The notes under the pieces are model-generated. The model was not told the origin of the DNA and searched no databases. It saw nothing but the letters and a program-made list of their open reading frames with translations. Of a DNA stretch of 51,693 nucleotides, positions 1-8,081 are shown in pieces. The stretch covers positions 1-51,693 of the IMG/VR virus record IMGVR_UViG_3300022863_000003; one strand, written 5' to 3'. How positions within the stretch are numbered: position 1 is the first letter of the stretch; the number at the start of each line of letters is the position of its first letter. The position numbers and the translations under genes are program-made. This stretch comes from a virus (Duplodnaviria > Caudoviricetes).

Positions 1-97
1 GTCGTGGCCGCGGTCGCGGTCGTGGTCGGGGTCGCGGTCGTGGTCGCGGTCGCGGTCGCGGTCGGGGTCGCGGTCGTGGTCGCGGCCGCGGTCGTAA
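1..97 (+). repeat. 6-bp tandem repeat (GGTCGN) encoding the Ser-Arg/Trp/Gly C-terminus of a truncated CDS
   Basis: Frame 2 reads SWPRSRSWSGSRSWSRSRSRSGSRSWSRPRS then TAA at 95-97; the next gene's SD (GGAG) follows. Confidence 0.75.
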
Positions 98-123
98 GTT
101 AAGCGAAGAAAACGGAGACAAAA

Positions 124-753
124 ATGAGCATCGAGATTAAGGTTTACGGAACCACCGCCGACGAGGCACTGGCCGAGCTGAAGACATTTTCGGCGGGGTT
201 GATTGGCGGTACCTTTCTGACGCCTGCTAAGAATGCCGGTGGGGACTTATTGGGTTATGCGGAAGCCGTACAGCCGGAAGACCGCCAGGAAGGAGAAACC
301 GAGGAGCAGCACGGCGAGCGCAAGCGTAAGCGGCGCACCAAGGCCGAGATGGAAGCGGCGCGGGCTGCGGAGGCCAACGAGGCGCACGCTGAACTGACGC
401 CGGTCGTCGGCGTTGACCAGGGCGCCGGGGACATTGATGTCGTCGAGTTGACGCCTGCGGCAGAAGAGGGCCGACTGACCGGCGCAGAAGACCCGTTCCC
501 GCTGTCCGACGAACTGAGGACTGCGCCTGCTGCTGTGGATTTCGCCACCGCCTACGCGCCGTACAAGGAAGCCAATCCCGACAAGGACGAAGGGGCTTTT
601 CTGCGGGCCGAGTTGCAGAAGCTGGTGGACAAGAGCGGCATGGACGCCGCCCGCGAGTTCATGGTCGCCAACGGCTACGGCGCCGTCAGCAAGATCAAGC
701 CCGAGGAGCGCACTGCGTTTCTGACGGCGGTTTACAGTAAGCTGGCGGAATGA
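124..753 (+). CDS. Hypothetical protein upstream of DUF2800
   Basis: 209 aa, GGAG SD, RKRRTKAE motif, ATGA overlap with the next gene. Confidence 0.75.
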   Translation: MSIEIKVYGTTADEALAELKTFSAGLIGGTFLTPAKNAGGDLLGYAEAVQPEDRQEGETEEQHGERKRKRRTKAEMEAARAAEANEAHAELTPVVGVDQGAGDIDVVELTPAAEEGRLTGAEDPFPLSDELRTAPAAVDFATAYAPYKEANPDKDEGAFLRAELQKLVDKSGMDAAREFMVANGYGAVSKIKPEERTAFLTAVYSKLAE

Positions 754-1949
754 CCCGCGCTCACTCCAAAATCGGGGCGTCCTCGGCAAGCCGCTGGTTT
801 GCTTGCCCCGGCTCGGTTCGGCTCTGCGAAGGAATTCAGCAAGTCGAATCCGAGTACGCCCGAGAGGGCACGGCGGCGCACGCCTTGGCGTCGCATTGCC
901 TGGAGAACGGGTACGCGGCGAAACGGTTTACCGGATGGCACGTATCCGATTTAGGGGAACTCCGCCAAAAGATGCCCCCTATGTACGCCGAGGGGGAGTG
1001 GGTTTTTGTTTCCGATGAAATGACAACGGCGGTTCAGGTCTATCTGGATACCGCCCGCGCCATCGCCACGGAGAACGTCAAGCGTGAACTCGACGTGGAG
1101 GTGCGCTTTCATCTGGAACAGATTCACCCCGATCTGTTTGGCACCGCCGATTGCGTGATTTATGACCCGGATACCGGAGAACTCTGGGTTCTGGATTATA
1201 AGCACGGGGCGGGGGTGCCGGTGGACCCCGAGGACAACCCGCAGCTCCTCTATTACGCGGTCGGCGCCGCGCTCGCCAAGGCCAACCGGCGGGTCACTCA
1301 GGTCCACCTCGCTATCGTTCAGCCCCGCGCTATGGGGTCGGACGTGAAGTGGTGGGACGTTGACGCTATCGATCTGCTGGACTTCGCTGACCGGCTCGCC
1401 AATGCCGCGAAAGCGACGGAAAGCGAAACCGCGCCGCTCTTCGCCGGAGATCACTGCAAATGGTGCCCGGCGCAGCCGGTGCCGGGGTTATGCGCGGCGA
1501 TTGATGATCTGACGGAGACTGCGCCGCTGGACACGTTTAAGGGGCCTCGCTACGATCCGCGGGCGCTTGCCGATAGCCTCGGCAAAGTGAAGGCGCTGAA
1601 GGGTTGGATTAAGGCTGTGGAAGACTTCGCCCTGGCGGAGATGCAGCATGGCAAGCCGGTCCCCGGCTACAAGCTGGTGGAGAAGCGCGGCGTGCGGGCG
1701 TGGGAAGATGAGGACGCGGCGGTGCGGACGCTCATGGGCGACGGACTGGCCGAGTCGGATATCTACGAGCCTGCTAGGCTGAAAACCCCGGCGGCGCTGG
1801 AAAGCCAAATCGGCAAGACGGAATTCGCCGCACTGGTCGGGGATTTTGTCAAGTCCGAATCGTCGGGTCTGACGTTCGCGCCGGATTCCGATAAACGGCC
1901 CGCGGTCAATCGTGATTTGAAGGCTGACTTTAGCCCGGTGGAGGGGTGA
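750..1949 (+). CDS. DUF2800-family PD-(D/E)xK (Cas4-like) exonuclease
   Basis: HSKIGASSASRWFACPGS, EGTAAH, FGTADC, VLDYKHG, NPQLLYY and CKWCP motifs; typical DUF2800-DUF2815-PolA synteny. Confidence 0.9.
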   Translation: MTRAHSKIGASSASRWFACPGSVRLCEGIQQVESEYAREGTAAHALASHCLENGYAAKRFTGWHVSDLGELRQKMPPMYAEGEWVFVSDEMTTAVQVYLDTARAIATENVKRELDVEVRFHLEQIHPDLFGTADCVIYDPDTGELWVLDYKHGAGVPVDPEDNPQLLYYAVGAALAKANRRVTQVHLAIVQPRAMGSDVKWWDVDAIDLLDFADRLANAAKATESETAPLFAGDHCKWCPAQPVPGLCAAIDDLTETAPLDTFKGPRYDPRALADSLGKVKALKGWIKAVEDFALAEMQHGKPVPGYKLVEKRGVRAWEDEDAAVRTLMGDGLAESDIYEPARLKTPAALESQIGKTEFAALVGDFVKSESSGLTFAPDSDKRPAVNRDLKADFSPVEG

Positions 1950-2138
1950 ATGCCAAATCGCGTTAAGTGGCGGAGTTCGGCCAGTATTAAAGCCGTAAAG
2001 GTTATGCTGGATAGGCTTATACAGTCGTCGCTTGACGGTGCCGTGGTCGAAGTGCCCATCGGCCTCGCCCGGTCGCTATCGGAGGTGTGCGCTCAAGCGT
2101 CACCTACCGAGGAAGGGCACGAATTTTTTTGCGGATAG
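1950..2138 (+). CDS. Small hypothetical protein
   Basis: ATG directly after the DUF2800 stop; 62 aa. Confidence 0.45.
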   Translation: MPNRVKWRSSASIKAVKVMLDRLIQSSLDGAVVEVPIGLARSLSEVCAQASPTEEGHEFFCG

Positions 2139-2196
2139 GTCTCTCCCGTACCCTGCAATCACGCAAAAACGGAAAAATGCAAGAGGAAAAATCAGA

Positions 2197-2769
2197 ATGG
2201 GCATTGATGTCAAAATTCCCAAGTTCCGGGGCTCTTATGTGTCCCTGGACAAGCCGAAGAAGGTGAAGGGCTCTGATAAGGAGACTTTCTCCATCATGGC
2301 TCTGTTCGAGCCCGGCCAGGATATCTCCGTGCTGAAGAAGGCCGCTTTGGAAGCTGCAAAAGAGAAGTGGGGCGACAAGGCCGAGGCTGTGCTGAAGCAT
2401 CCCAAGTTCAAAACTCCTTTCAAGGATCAGGCCGAACTGGTGGACGCGGACGGCGAACAGCGCCCCGGCACGGTGGCCGGCGGCATCTTCCTGAATTTGT
2501 CCAACGTCTTGAAGCCGCTGGTGCTGAATCAGGCTGTGGAGGAAATCACCGATCCTCGTGACGCCTACAGCGGCGCTTACTACGTCGCCAAGGCCAGCGT
2601 CTACGCCTGGGAACACGACGTGGGCGGCAAGGGCATCACCTTCAGCCTCCTCGGCGTGCAGAAGGTGGCCGAGGGCGAAAATCTCGGCGGCACCGGCTCT
2701 CGCGCCAGTACCTCTGACTTTGAGCCGGTGGAAACGGCGGGCGACACGGCGTCTGACATGTTCGACTAA
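2197..2769 (+). CDS. DUF2815-family ssDNA-binding protein
   Basis: Start moved to ATG 2197 (GAGG SD); RGSYVSL, PFKD, YSGAY and GVQKVAEGENLGG motifs; acidic tail ending DMFD. Confidence 0.88.
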   Translation: MGIDVKIPKFRGSYVSLDKPKKVKGSDKETFSIMALFEPGQDISVLKKAALEAAKEKWGDKAEAVLKHPKFKTPFKDQAELVDADGEQRPGTVAGGIFLNLSNVLKPLVLNQAVEEITDPRDAYSGAYYVAKASVYAWEHDVGGKGITFSLLGVQKVAEGENLGGTGSRASTSDFEPVETAGDTASDMFD

Positions 2770-2777
2770 GTGAAATC

Positions 2778-2810
2778 GCTGGGCGCCGGTTTATCCGGCG
2801 CCCAGCTTTT
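2778..2810 (+). terminator. Intrinsic terminator
   Basis: 12-bp stem GCTGGGCGCCGG/CCGGCGCCCAGC followed by TTTT. Confidence 0.85.
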
Positions 2811-2827
2811 CTCGGGGGAGAAAAACC

Positions 2828-2995
2828 ATGTTCTGGCTACAGATTATCATTGACCTGGGTTTCCTGATCGGCGGCGGGGCCATCGGCTACGCCCTTGGCT
2901 TGATCCGCGAGCGCGACAAGAAAATCAAAGAACTCAACGACCGGCCAAAGCGTGACGCTAAAACGGGTCGGTATGCAACACGGAGTGTAAAATGA
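2828..2995 (+). CDS. Small membrane protein (55 aa), not in the ORF track
   Basis: GGGGAG SD; MFWLQIIIDLGFLIGGGAIGYALGLIRER...; ATGA overlap with the next gene. Confidence 0.7.
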   Translation: MFWLQIIIDLGFLIGGGAIGYALGLIRERDKKIKELNDRPKRDAKTGRYATRSVK

Positions 2996-3270
2996 GCGAA
3001 CGCGGTGTCGGAGATAACAGTCAGATCGGCGGCATCGCTGCCGAGGCGCTTCAGCAATATATTGACCGGATCGAAAAGCTCGCGGAAGAACAAGCCGCGC
3101 TGGCCGAGGACGTGAAACAGGTCTACGGGGAGGCCAAGAGCACCGGCTTCTCGCAGAAAACCGTCCGGCGCATTGTCCGCGAGAGAAAGGCCGACAAGGA
3201 AAAGCTGCGGCTGGAGCAGGAGGAATACGAGCTCTATGCCAAGGCCATCTCTTGGGACATTTTCGCTTAA
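2992..3270 (+). CDS. gapR: GapR/DUF2312 (UPF0335) nucleoid-associated protein homologue
   Basis: GIAAEALQQYIDRIEKLAEEQAALAEDVKQVYGEAKSTGF matches the DUF2312 pattern. Confidence 0.85.
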   Translation: MSERGVGDNSQIGGIAAEALQQYIDRIEKLAEEQAALAEDVKQVYGEAKSTGFSQKTVRRIVRERKADKEKLRLEQEEYELYAKAISWDIFA

Positions 3271-3285
3271 CCGGGGGACGGGGAA

Positions 3286-3498
3286 ATGAACGAACGCAAT
3301 CGAGTTATCGCCCTAGCGGTGTTTCTTGTGGTGCAGCTGATCTGGGATATTTTCCTCGTCGGGGGCTGCGCTTATCTGGTCTTTTGGCGTGCTGAAAGCG
3401 GCTGGTGGTTCGTACTGGCTGTCGCGCTGGGGCAATACTCCACAAAACTTTTCCGCCAGTACATCGGGGAAATTCCTGAAGAGGAGGAAACGCCATGA
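3286..3498 (+). CDS. Small two-TM membrane protein
   Basis: 70 aa with two hydrophobic segments; coupled to the next gene. Confidence 0.65.
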   Translation: MNERNRVIALAVFLVVQLIWDIFLVGGCAYLVFWRAESGWWFVLAVALGQYSTKLFRQYIGEIPEEEETP

Positions 3499-3707
3499 TC
3501 GACATCGATGACAACTCGCTCTTGAATATTGAGCTACGCCACAAAGGCAACAACGACGTGACGGAGCTGGTGCGGGCCGTGGTGATTCTGCGCCGGGAGA
3601 ACAAGGAGCTCGCGAAAAAGGTGGACACCCTTGAGGGGGAGCTTGCTGACGAGCGCAGCGGTCGGCTGAACGTCGGCAACCCGGCGGAGGAGGATATCTT
3701 CGGATGA
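3495..3707 (+). CDS. Hypothetical coiled-coil protein
   Basis: GGAGGA SD; ATGA overlaps at both ends. Confidence 0.7.
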   Translation: MIDIDDNSLLNIELRHKGNNDVTELVRAVVILRRENKELAKKVDTLEGELADERSGRLNVGNPAEEDIFG

Positions 3708-4849
3708 CCACGCTGCATCGGGACTACGAAACGCGGTCAGCCTGCGACCTCCGGACTTCCGGCGTCCATAAATATGCCGAAGACCCCTCCACGGAAGTCC
3801 TGTGCATGAGCTACGCGGTGGACGACGGCCCGGTGAAGATGTGGCGCTGGGGGGAGCCGTGCCCACCCGAGTTCATCGAGTGCGCCAAAAACCCCGAGTG
3901 GCTGGCGATGGCGCACAACAGCCAGTTCGAGCAGACGATGGAGCGGTATCTCTTGTCCAAGCGCTACGGCTGGCCGGTCATCCCCCGTGAGCGGGAACGC
4001 TGCACAATGGTTATGGCTCACGCTATGTCAATCGCCGCGAGCTTGGAGAACGCGGCTGCGGCCACCGGTCTGGAAGTCCGCAAGGACACGGAGGGCCGTA
4101 AGTTGATGATGAAAATGGCGCAGCCGCGCCGCGTTACCGCCCCCGGCGAGAAAACCTACGACGCGGATTTAGCCCTGGCGAAGTCCGACAAACGGATTGC
4201 CACGCTTCTCCCCGGGGGCGAAGTGGCGGTCTGGTGGTACACCGCCGAGATGATGGACCGGCTCTGTGAATATTGCGCCACCGACACCAAGGTCGAACGC
4301 GCTCTCGAAAAGCGGCTTATGACGCTGATCCCGTCTGAGTGGGATTTCTGGGTTCTGGACCAGGAGATCAATGATCGAGGGATCTTTGTGGACCTCCCCG
4401 CCATCGACAATGCCCTTAAAATCGTGGAGCTGGAAAAGGCTCGCCTGGATAAGGAAATGCTGTTCACCACCAACGGCGCGGTGCGGACTTGTTCGCAGGC
4501 GGCGGCGCTCCTGGCCTGGCTAACTGGGCAGGGCGTGCCGATGGAGGCCGTTGCCAAGGGGGACGTCTTGGCGGCCCTGGCACTGCCTGGCTTGCCCGAG
4601 GTGGCCCGGAAGGCGCTCATGCTGCGCCAGGAGGCCGCAAAGTCGTCTACGGCCAAGCTAAAGGCTATGCGGCTGGGGGCGAGTTCAAACGGGCGGGTGA
4701 AGGGCACGGCACAGTTCCACGGGGCCAGCACCGGCAGATTCGCGGGGCGGCGGCTTCAGCCACAGAATTTTCCGAGGCCGTCTATTTTGACCGACAAGAA
4801 AAGCATCGCCATCGGGGAAGTGATGGACATGCTGGGGGATGAGGCATGA
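3704..4849 (+). CDS. polA: Family A DNA polymerase, N-terminal part (3'-5' exonuclease and thumb)
   Basis: ExoI DYETRS, ExoII AHNSQFE, ExoIII YCATD; DQEINDRG; GASTGRFAGRRLQPQNFPRP. Confidence 0.92.
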   Translation: MTTLHRDYETRSACDLRTSGVHKYAEDPSTEVLCMSYAVDDGPVKMWRWGEPCPPEFIECAKNPEWLAMAHNSQFEQTMERYLLSKRYGWPVIPRERERCTMVMAHAMSIAASLENAAAATGLEVRKDTEGRKLMMKMAQPRRVTAPGEKTYDADLALAKSDKRIATLLPGGEVAVWWYTAEMMDRLCEYCATDTKVERALEKRLMTLIPSEWDFWVLDQEINDRGIFVDLPAIDNALKIVELEKARLDKEMLFTTNGAVRTCSQAAALLAWLTGQGVPMEAVAKGDVLAALALPGLPEVARKALMLRQEAAKSSTAKLKAMRLGASSNGRVKGTAQFHGASTGRFAGRRLQPQNFPRPSILTDKKSIAIGEVMDMLGDEA

Positions 4850-7815
4850 CCCCCAACGAGATCGCGGACAACATCCGCTTGTTTTATGGCCCGCCGATGG
4901 GCGTGCTGTCGGATTGCCTCCGCTCGTTCATTCGCGCGGCCCCCGGCAAGAAGCTTGTCGTAGCGGACTATTCTAACATCGAAGGCCGGGGGCTCGCTTG
5001 GCTGGCCGGCGAGGAATCTAAGCTGGAGGCGTTCCGGGCGTTCGACCGTAAGGAAGGGCCAGATTTATATCTGGTGACGGCGGCGGCGATTTATGGCGTC
5101 CCGGTGTCCACCCTCAACAAGGAGTCCCCCGAGCGACAGCCTGGGAAAACGTGCATCGCGGAGGGGCAACTTGTTCTCACAGATTCCGGCCTTGTACCCA
5201 TAGAGAAAGTAACTACTTTCCATAAATTGTGGGATGGGGTACAATGGGTGTCTCATAAAGGGACCGTGTGTAACGGCCTAAAGGAGACTATCTGCTATGA
5301 CGGACTTGTCGCTACCCCCGACCACGTTGTCTTCACTTTCGACGGGAGAGAACTCCTATTTGAGCAATGCGCCAGGGAAGAAATCCCCCTCGCACAGACC
5401 GGAGTTGCTGGGGAAGCAATTTGGATGGGTGGTGGTAACTTCTGCGGAGGTCGTGTGGCGGGGGAAGCTAGACAAGCACGGGCACCAATCGAGGTTCCGT
5501 TACCTTCATACTCGTTGCGTCAAGTGCGGCACCGAGAAATTGATCAATTACGACAACTTGGTCCGGGGGAAGACGAAAGGCTGCCAGTCGTGCAGCCAGA
5601 CTATTCACCCCATGCACAACTGGCTCTCGAAACGGCTGCACGCGGCGCACAACCGCTGCGTAAACCCGAGATACCGTCAGTATTCGAACTACGGGGGGAG
5701 GGGGATAACTTTCGACTTCCCGAGTGTACCGGAGGCTATACGGTGGGTGCTGGACAACCTGGCACTCCCGGAGGAGCCCGACCGCAAAATCGAAATAGAC
5801 CGTATAGACAACGACAAGGGCTACGCCCCCGGAAATCTTCGGTTTGCCCCCCAGTCTACAAACCAGATCAATCGTCGGATAACTCGGTCCTCGGAGGTGA
5901 AGGGGATTCGCGCTCCGAACGTGGAGGCTATCCACTTATTTCGAAAGATGTACCCCGAGGTCAAGTACGCCGACGCGACGTTGAAGCGGTTAATGTACCA
6001 CTTCACGGACGCCGAGATAGCCGACCGATTCTTCAATCTTCCGTCGTGCAAACCAAAAGGCGTGTATGGGACATTCTCGACGCCGGACCCCTCCATCGTT
6101 TCACGGTATCTGGAAAGCTAGTGCATAACTGCGAACTGGCCTTCGGATATCAAGGCGGCGTCGGTGCGTACCGTAAAATGGAATCCGGCGCCGTTGGCGC
6201 GGCTACGTTCTCTGACGCCGAGGTGGATGAATTCAAGAAAAAGTGGCGGGCGAAATATCCAAAGATCACGCAGTATTGGTATGACCTGGAAGCCGCGGCA
6301 GTCGCCGCCGTTCGACAGCCGGGCAGCGTTACAGAAGCTGGCGAACCGGGGCGTCAAATACGCTTCCGAAAGTCAGGGTCGTTCCTGTGGGCGCAGCTCC
6401 CGTCCAAACGGTGCCTGTGCTATCCGTACCCCGAGCTCCGAGTTCAATGGCTTGCCCGTGCCCCCGGAAAGCCCGCGCTGATCGAAGAGGCGGAAGAGAT
6501 CATCCCCCCGATCAGGGAAATCCGCAAGATCAAGGCGAGCGAAGTCAGGGAGTACGAACGCGACGGCTGGGAGACATGGCAGAAAGACCAGCTAACCTTC
6601 ATGGGCGTCCACGCGCAGACTAAGCAATGGGTTCGCCAGTTCACGTATGGCGGAAGTCTGTGCGAAAACTGCTTGAGCCTCCGTACCGATGTGCTATCGT
6701 ACAGAGGTTGGATTTCTATTTCGGAACTTCAAGCGGACGATCTTCTGTGGGATGGCGACTCATGGGTCAGCCATGGCGGCCTTATCAGCAAGGGCACCCA
6801 GCCTACCATAGAAGTAAGCGGCGTTCGTATGACGGGGGACCACCGCATCCTCACCATTGAGGGCTGGAAGAATGCATCATCGTGCGAGGGACTTGACCGG
6901 GCAGACGTTCGGATACCTGACCGCGGTACGATACGACGGCTCGGACGGATGCAAATCATATTGGGTCGCGCGCTGCGTTTGTGGAAAAGAATCAAGGTAC
7001 GTGGCTTCGGACTTATCGCGTTCCCGAGGCATGGCCTCACGGTCTTGCGGGTGCAAGTCCAGAGAGCTTATCGGGAAAGCCAATTCTACTCACGGAATGT
7101 CCGGACATCCCGCGTTTCATGTGTGGCGGTCCATGCTGGACCGATGCCGTTTACCGACACATCAGGCTTGGCACAATTACGGCGCTCGGGGAATCAGCGT
7201 TTGCGAGAGATGGCGGCAGGGGTTTCAGAATTTTTGGGACGACACGGGCCCCGGCTATCGCCAGGGGTTAACCCTAGAGAGGATAGATGTGAACGGGAAC
7301 TACACCCCGGAGAATTGCACTTGGGCCACGATGAAGGCGCAGGCCCGCAATCGCAGGGACAACCGAATAATCGGCACGATTTTTGGGGACATCACCGTGG
7401 CGGAAGCCGCGGAGAGGTCGGGAATAAACTACACGACCATCCTGTATCGTTTGGACCAGGGGTGGCCCGACTCCATGTTGCTGATACCCCCGGATTTTAC
7501 GAACAGGTTGTAGATATCCTCGATTGCGGACCTCGCAACCGTTTCGTTGTGCGCCCCGAGGGCGGAGGCCCCGCGATGGTCGTCCACAACTGTACCCAGG
7601 CGATTTGTCGTGACGTGCTGGCCGAGGCAATGAAGCGCCTGGACAAAGTGGGCTACGAAATCGCCTTCACCGTCCACGACGAAATCGTTTGTGAAGTGCC
7701 CGAGGACTTCGGCTCCCTGGCCGAGATGGAGCGGGTCATGTGCGAACTGCCCGCTTGGGCCAAGGGCTTCCCCATAACGGCGGAGGGGTACTCCGCTAAA
7801 CGCTATAGGAAATAG
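4846..7815 (+). CDS. polA: Family A DNA polymerase, C-terminal part (palm/fingers) with two inteins; about 356 aa after splicing
   Basis: Motif A VADYSNIEGR; motif B RQPGKT/CELAFGY and YGGSLCEN/CTQAICRD are restored after splicing; motif C TVHDEIV. Confidence 0.93.
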   Translation: MTPNEIADNIRLFYGPPMGVLSDCLRSFIRAAPGKKLVVADYSNIEGRGLAWLAGEESKLEAFRAFDRKEGPDLYLVTAAAIYGVPVSTLNKESPERQPGKTCIAEGQLVLTDSGLVPIEKVTTFHKLWDGVQWVSHKGTVCNGLKETICYDGLVATPDHVVFTFDGRELLFEQCAREEIPLAQTGVAGEAIWMGGGNFCGGRVAGEARQARAPIEVPLPSYSLRQVRHREIDQLRQLGPGEDERLPVVQPDYSPHAQLALETAARGAQPLRKPEIPSVFELRGEGDNFRLPECTGGYTVGAGQPGTPGGARPQNRNRPYRQRQGLRPRKSSVCPPVYKPDQSSDNSVLGGEGDSRSERGGYPLISKDVPRGQVRRRDVEAVNVPLHGRRDSRPILQSSVVQTKRRVWDILDAGPLHRFTVSGKLVHNCELAFGYQGGVGAYRKMESGAVGAATFSDAEVDEFKKKWRAKYPKITQYWYDLEAAAVAAVRQPGSVTEAGEPGRQIRFRKSGSFLWAQLPSKRCLCYPYPELRVQWLARAPGKPALIEEAEEIIPPIREIRKIKASEVREYERDGWETWQKDQLTFMGVHAQTKQWVRQFTYGGSLCENCLSLRTDVLSYRGWISISELQADDLLWDGDSWVSHGGLISKGTQPTIEVSGVRMTGDHRILTIEGWKNASSCEGLDRADVRIPDRGTIRRLGRMQIILGRALRLWKRIKVRGFGLIAFPRHGLTVLRVQVQRAYRESQFYSRNVRTSRVSCVAVHAGPMPFTDTSGLAQLRRSGNQRLREMAAGVSEFLGRHGPRLSPGVNPREDRCERELHPGELHLGHDEGAGPQSQGQPNNRHDFWGHHRGGSRGEVGNKLHDHPVSFGPGVARLHVADTPGFYEQVVDILDCGPRNRFVVRPEGGGPAMVVHNCTQAICRDVLAEAMKRLDKVGYEIAFTVHDEIVCEVPEDFGSLAEMERVMCELPAWAKGFPITAEGYSAKRYRK
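5152..6129 (+). mobile_element. Intein 1 (326 aa) inserted in PolA motif B
   Basis: Starts CIAEGQLV; block B TPDH; block F VWDILD; ends VHN; +1 Cys at 6130. Confidence 0.93.
5297..6121 (+). CDS. HNH homing endonuclease nested in the +1 frame of intein 1
   Basis: AAGGAG SD at 5281-5286; GKQFG, CVKCG, GCQSC, RCVNP..YSNYGGRGI, IDRIDNDKGYAPGNLRFA..NQINRR. Confidence 0.88.
   Translation: MTDLSLPPTTLSSLSTGENSYLSNAPGKKSPSHRPELLGKQFGWVVVTSAEVVWRGKLDKHGHQSRFRYLHTRCVKCGTEKLINYDNLVRGKTKGCQSCSQTIHPMHNWLSKRLHAAHNRCVNPRYRQYSNYGGRGITFDFPSVPEAIRWVLDNLALPEEPDRKIEIDRIDNDKGYAPGNLRFAPQSTNQINRRITRSSEVKGIRAPNVEAIHLFRKMYPEVKYADATLKRLMYHFTDAEIADRFFNLPSCKPKGVYGTFSTPDPSIVSRYLES
6670..7590 (+). mobile_element. Intein 2 (307 aa) in PolA
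   Basis: Starts CLSLRTDV; block B TGDH; block F VVDILD; ends VHN; +1 Cys at 7591. Confidence 0.93.
6872..7513 (+). CDS. HNH homing endonuclease nested in the +1 frame of intein 2
   Basis: ATG 6872 with GAGG/GGAAG upstream; DLTGQTFGYLT, CVCG, SCGC, THGMS, YGARGISVCERW, TLERIDVNGNYTPENCTWAT..QARNRR; C-terminal HTH-like segment. Confidence 0.9.
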   Translation: MHHRARDLTGQTFGYLTAVRYDGSDGCKSYWVARCVCGKESRYVASDLSRSRGMASRSCGCKSRELIGKANSTHGMSGHPAFHVWRSMLDRCRLPTHQAWHNYGARGISVCERWRQGFQNFWDDTGPGYRQGLTLERIDVNGNYTPENCTWATMKAQARNRRDNRIIGTIFGDITVAEAAERSGINYTTILYRLDQGWPDSMLLIPPDFTNRL

Positions 7816-7819
7816 GGTC

Positions 7820-8020
7820 ATGCACCAAGAATTCACCTACCCCATGCTGCCAATGGAAATCGCCGCCGTACGAAACGGTGTCGCGCCGATCCCGTCAGCA
7901 GAGCGGCTTATGCTGACTGTGCTGCACCTGGACGAGAAGCGGGCGGAGCTGGAAAAGGCGAACGCTCTCTTAGCCGACGGCCTCCTGAGCGCACGGTCCC
8001 GGCCCGTTCAGCGTATATAG
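7820..8020 (+). CDS. Hypothetical protein
   Basis: 66 aa, last gene of the + operon. Confidence 0.55.
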   Translation: MHQEFTYPMLPMEIAAVRNGVAPIPSAERLMLTVLHLDEKRAELEKANALLADGLLSARSRPVQRI

Positions 8021-8021
8021 A

Positions 8022-8074
8022 AAAACGGCGTTTCCTTAACATGTCGCGTTGACGTGTACAGGAAACGCCGTTTT
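8022..8074. terminator. Long hairpin between convergent operons (bidirectional terminator candidate)
   Basis: 14-bp arms AAAACGGCGTTTCC/GGAAACGCCGTTTT plus an inner ACATGTC/GACGTGT stem. Confidence 0.7.
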
Positions 8075-8081
8075 CCTTTAC

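Noticed and set aside
750-1949. Cas4 of a CRISPR system
   Set aside because: No array or other cas genes; standard DUF2800 replication context.
4840-4849. Intron or split intein at the polA break
   Set aside because: The genes overlap with no intervening sequence, and there are no intein motifs at either end.
5297-7513. Out-of-frame HNHs explained as sequencing frameshifts in ordinary in-frame inteins
   Set aside because: It would need two compensating errors in each intein with the same offset. Each HNH has its own start and stop, and HNH1 overlaps conserved splicing blocks B and F. Reads should still be checked.
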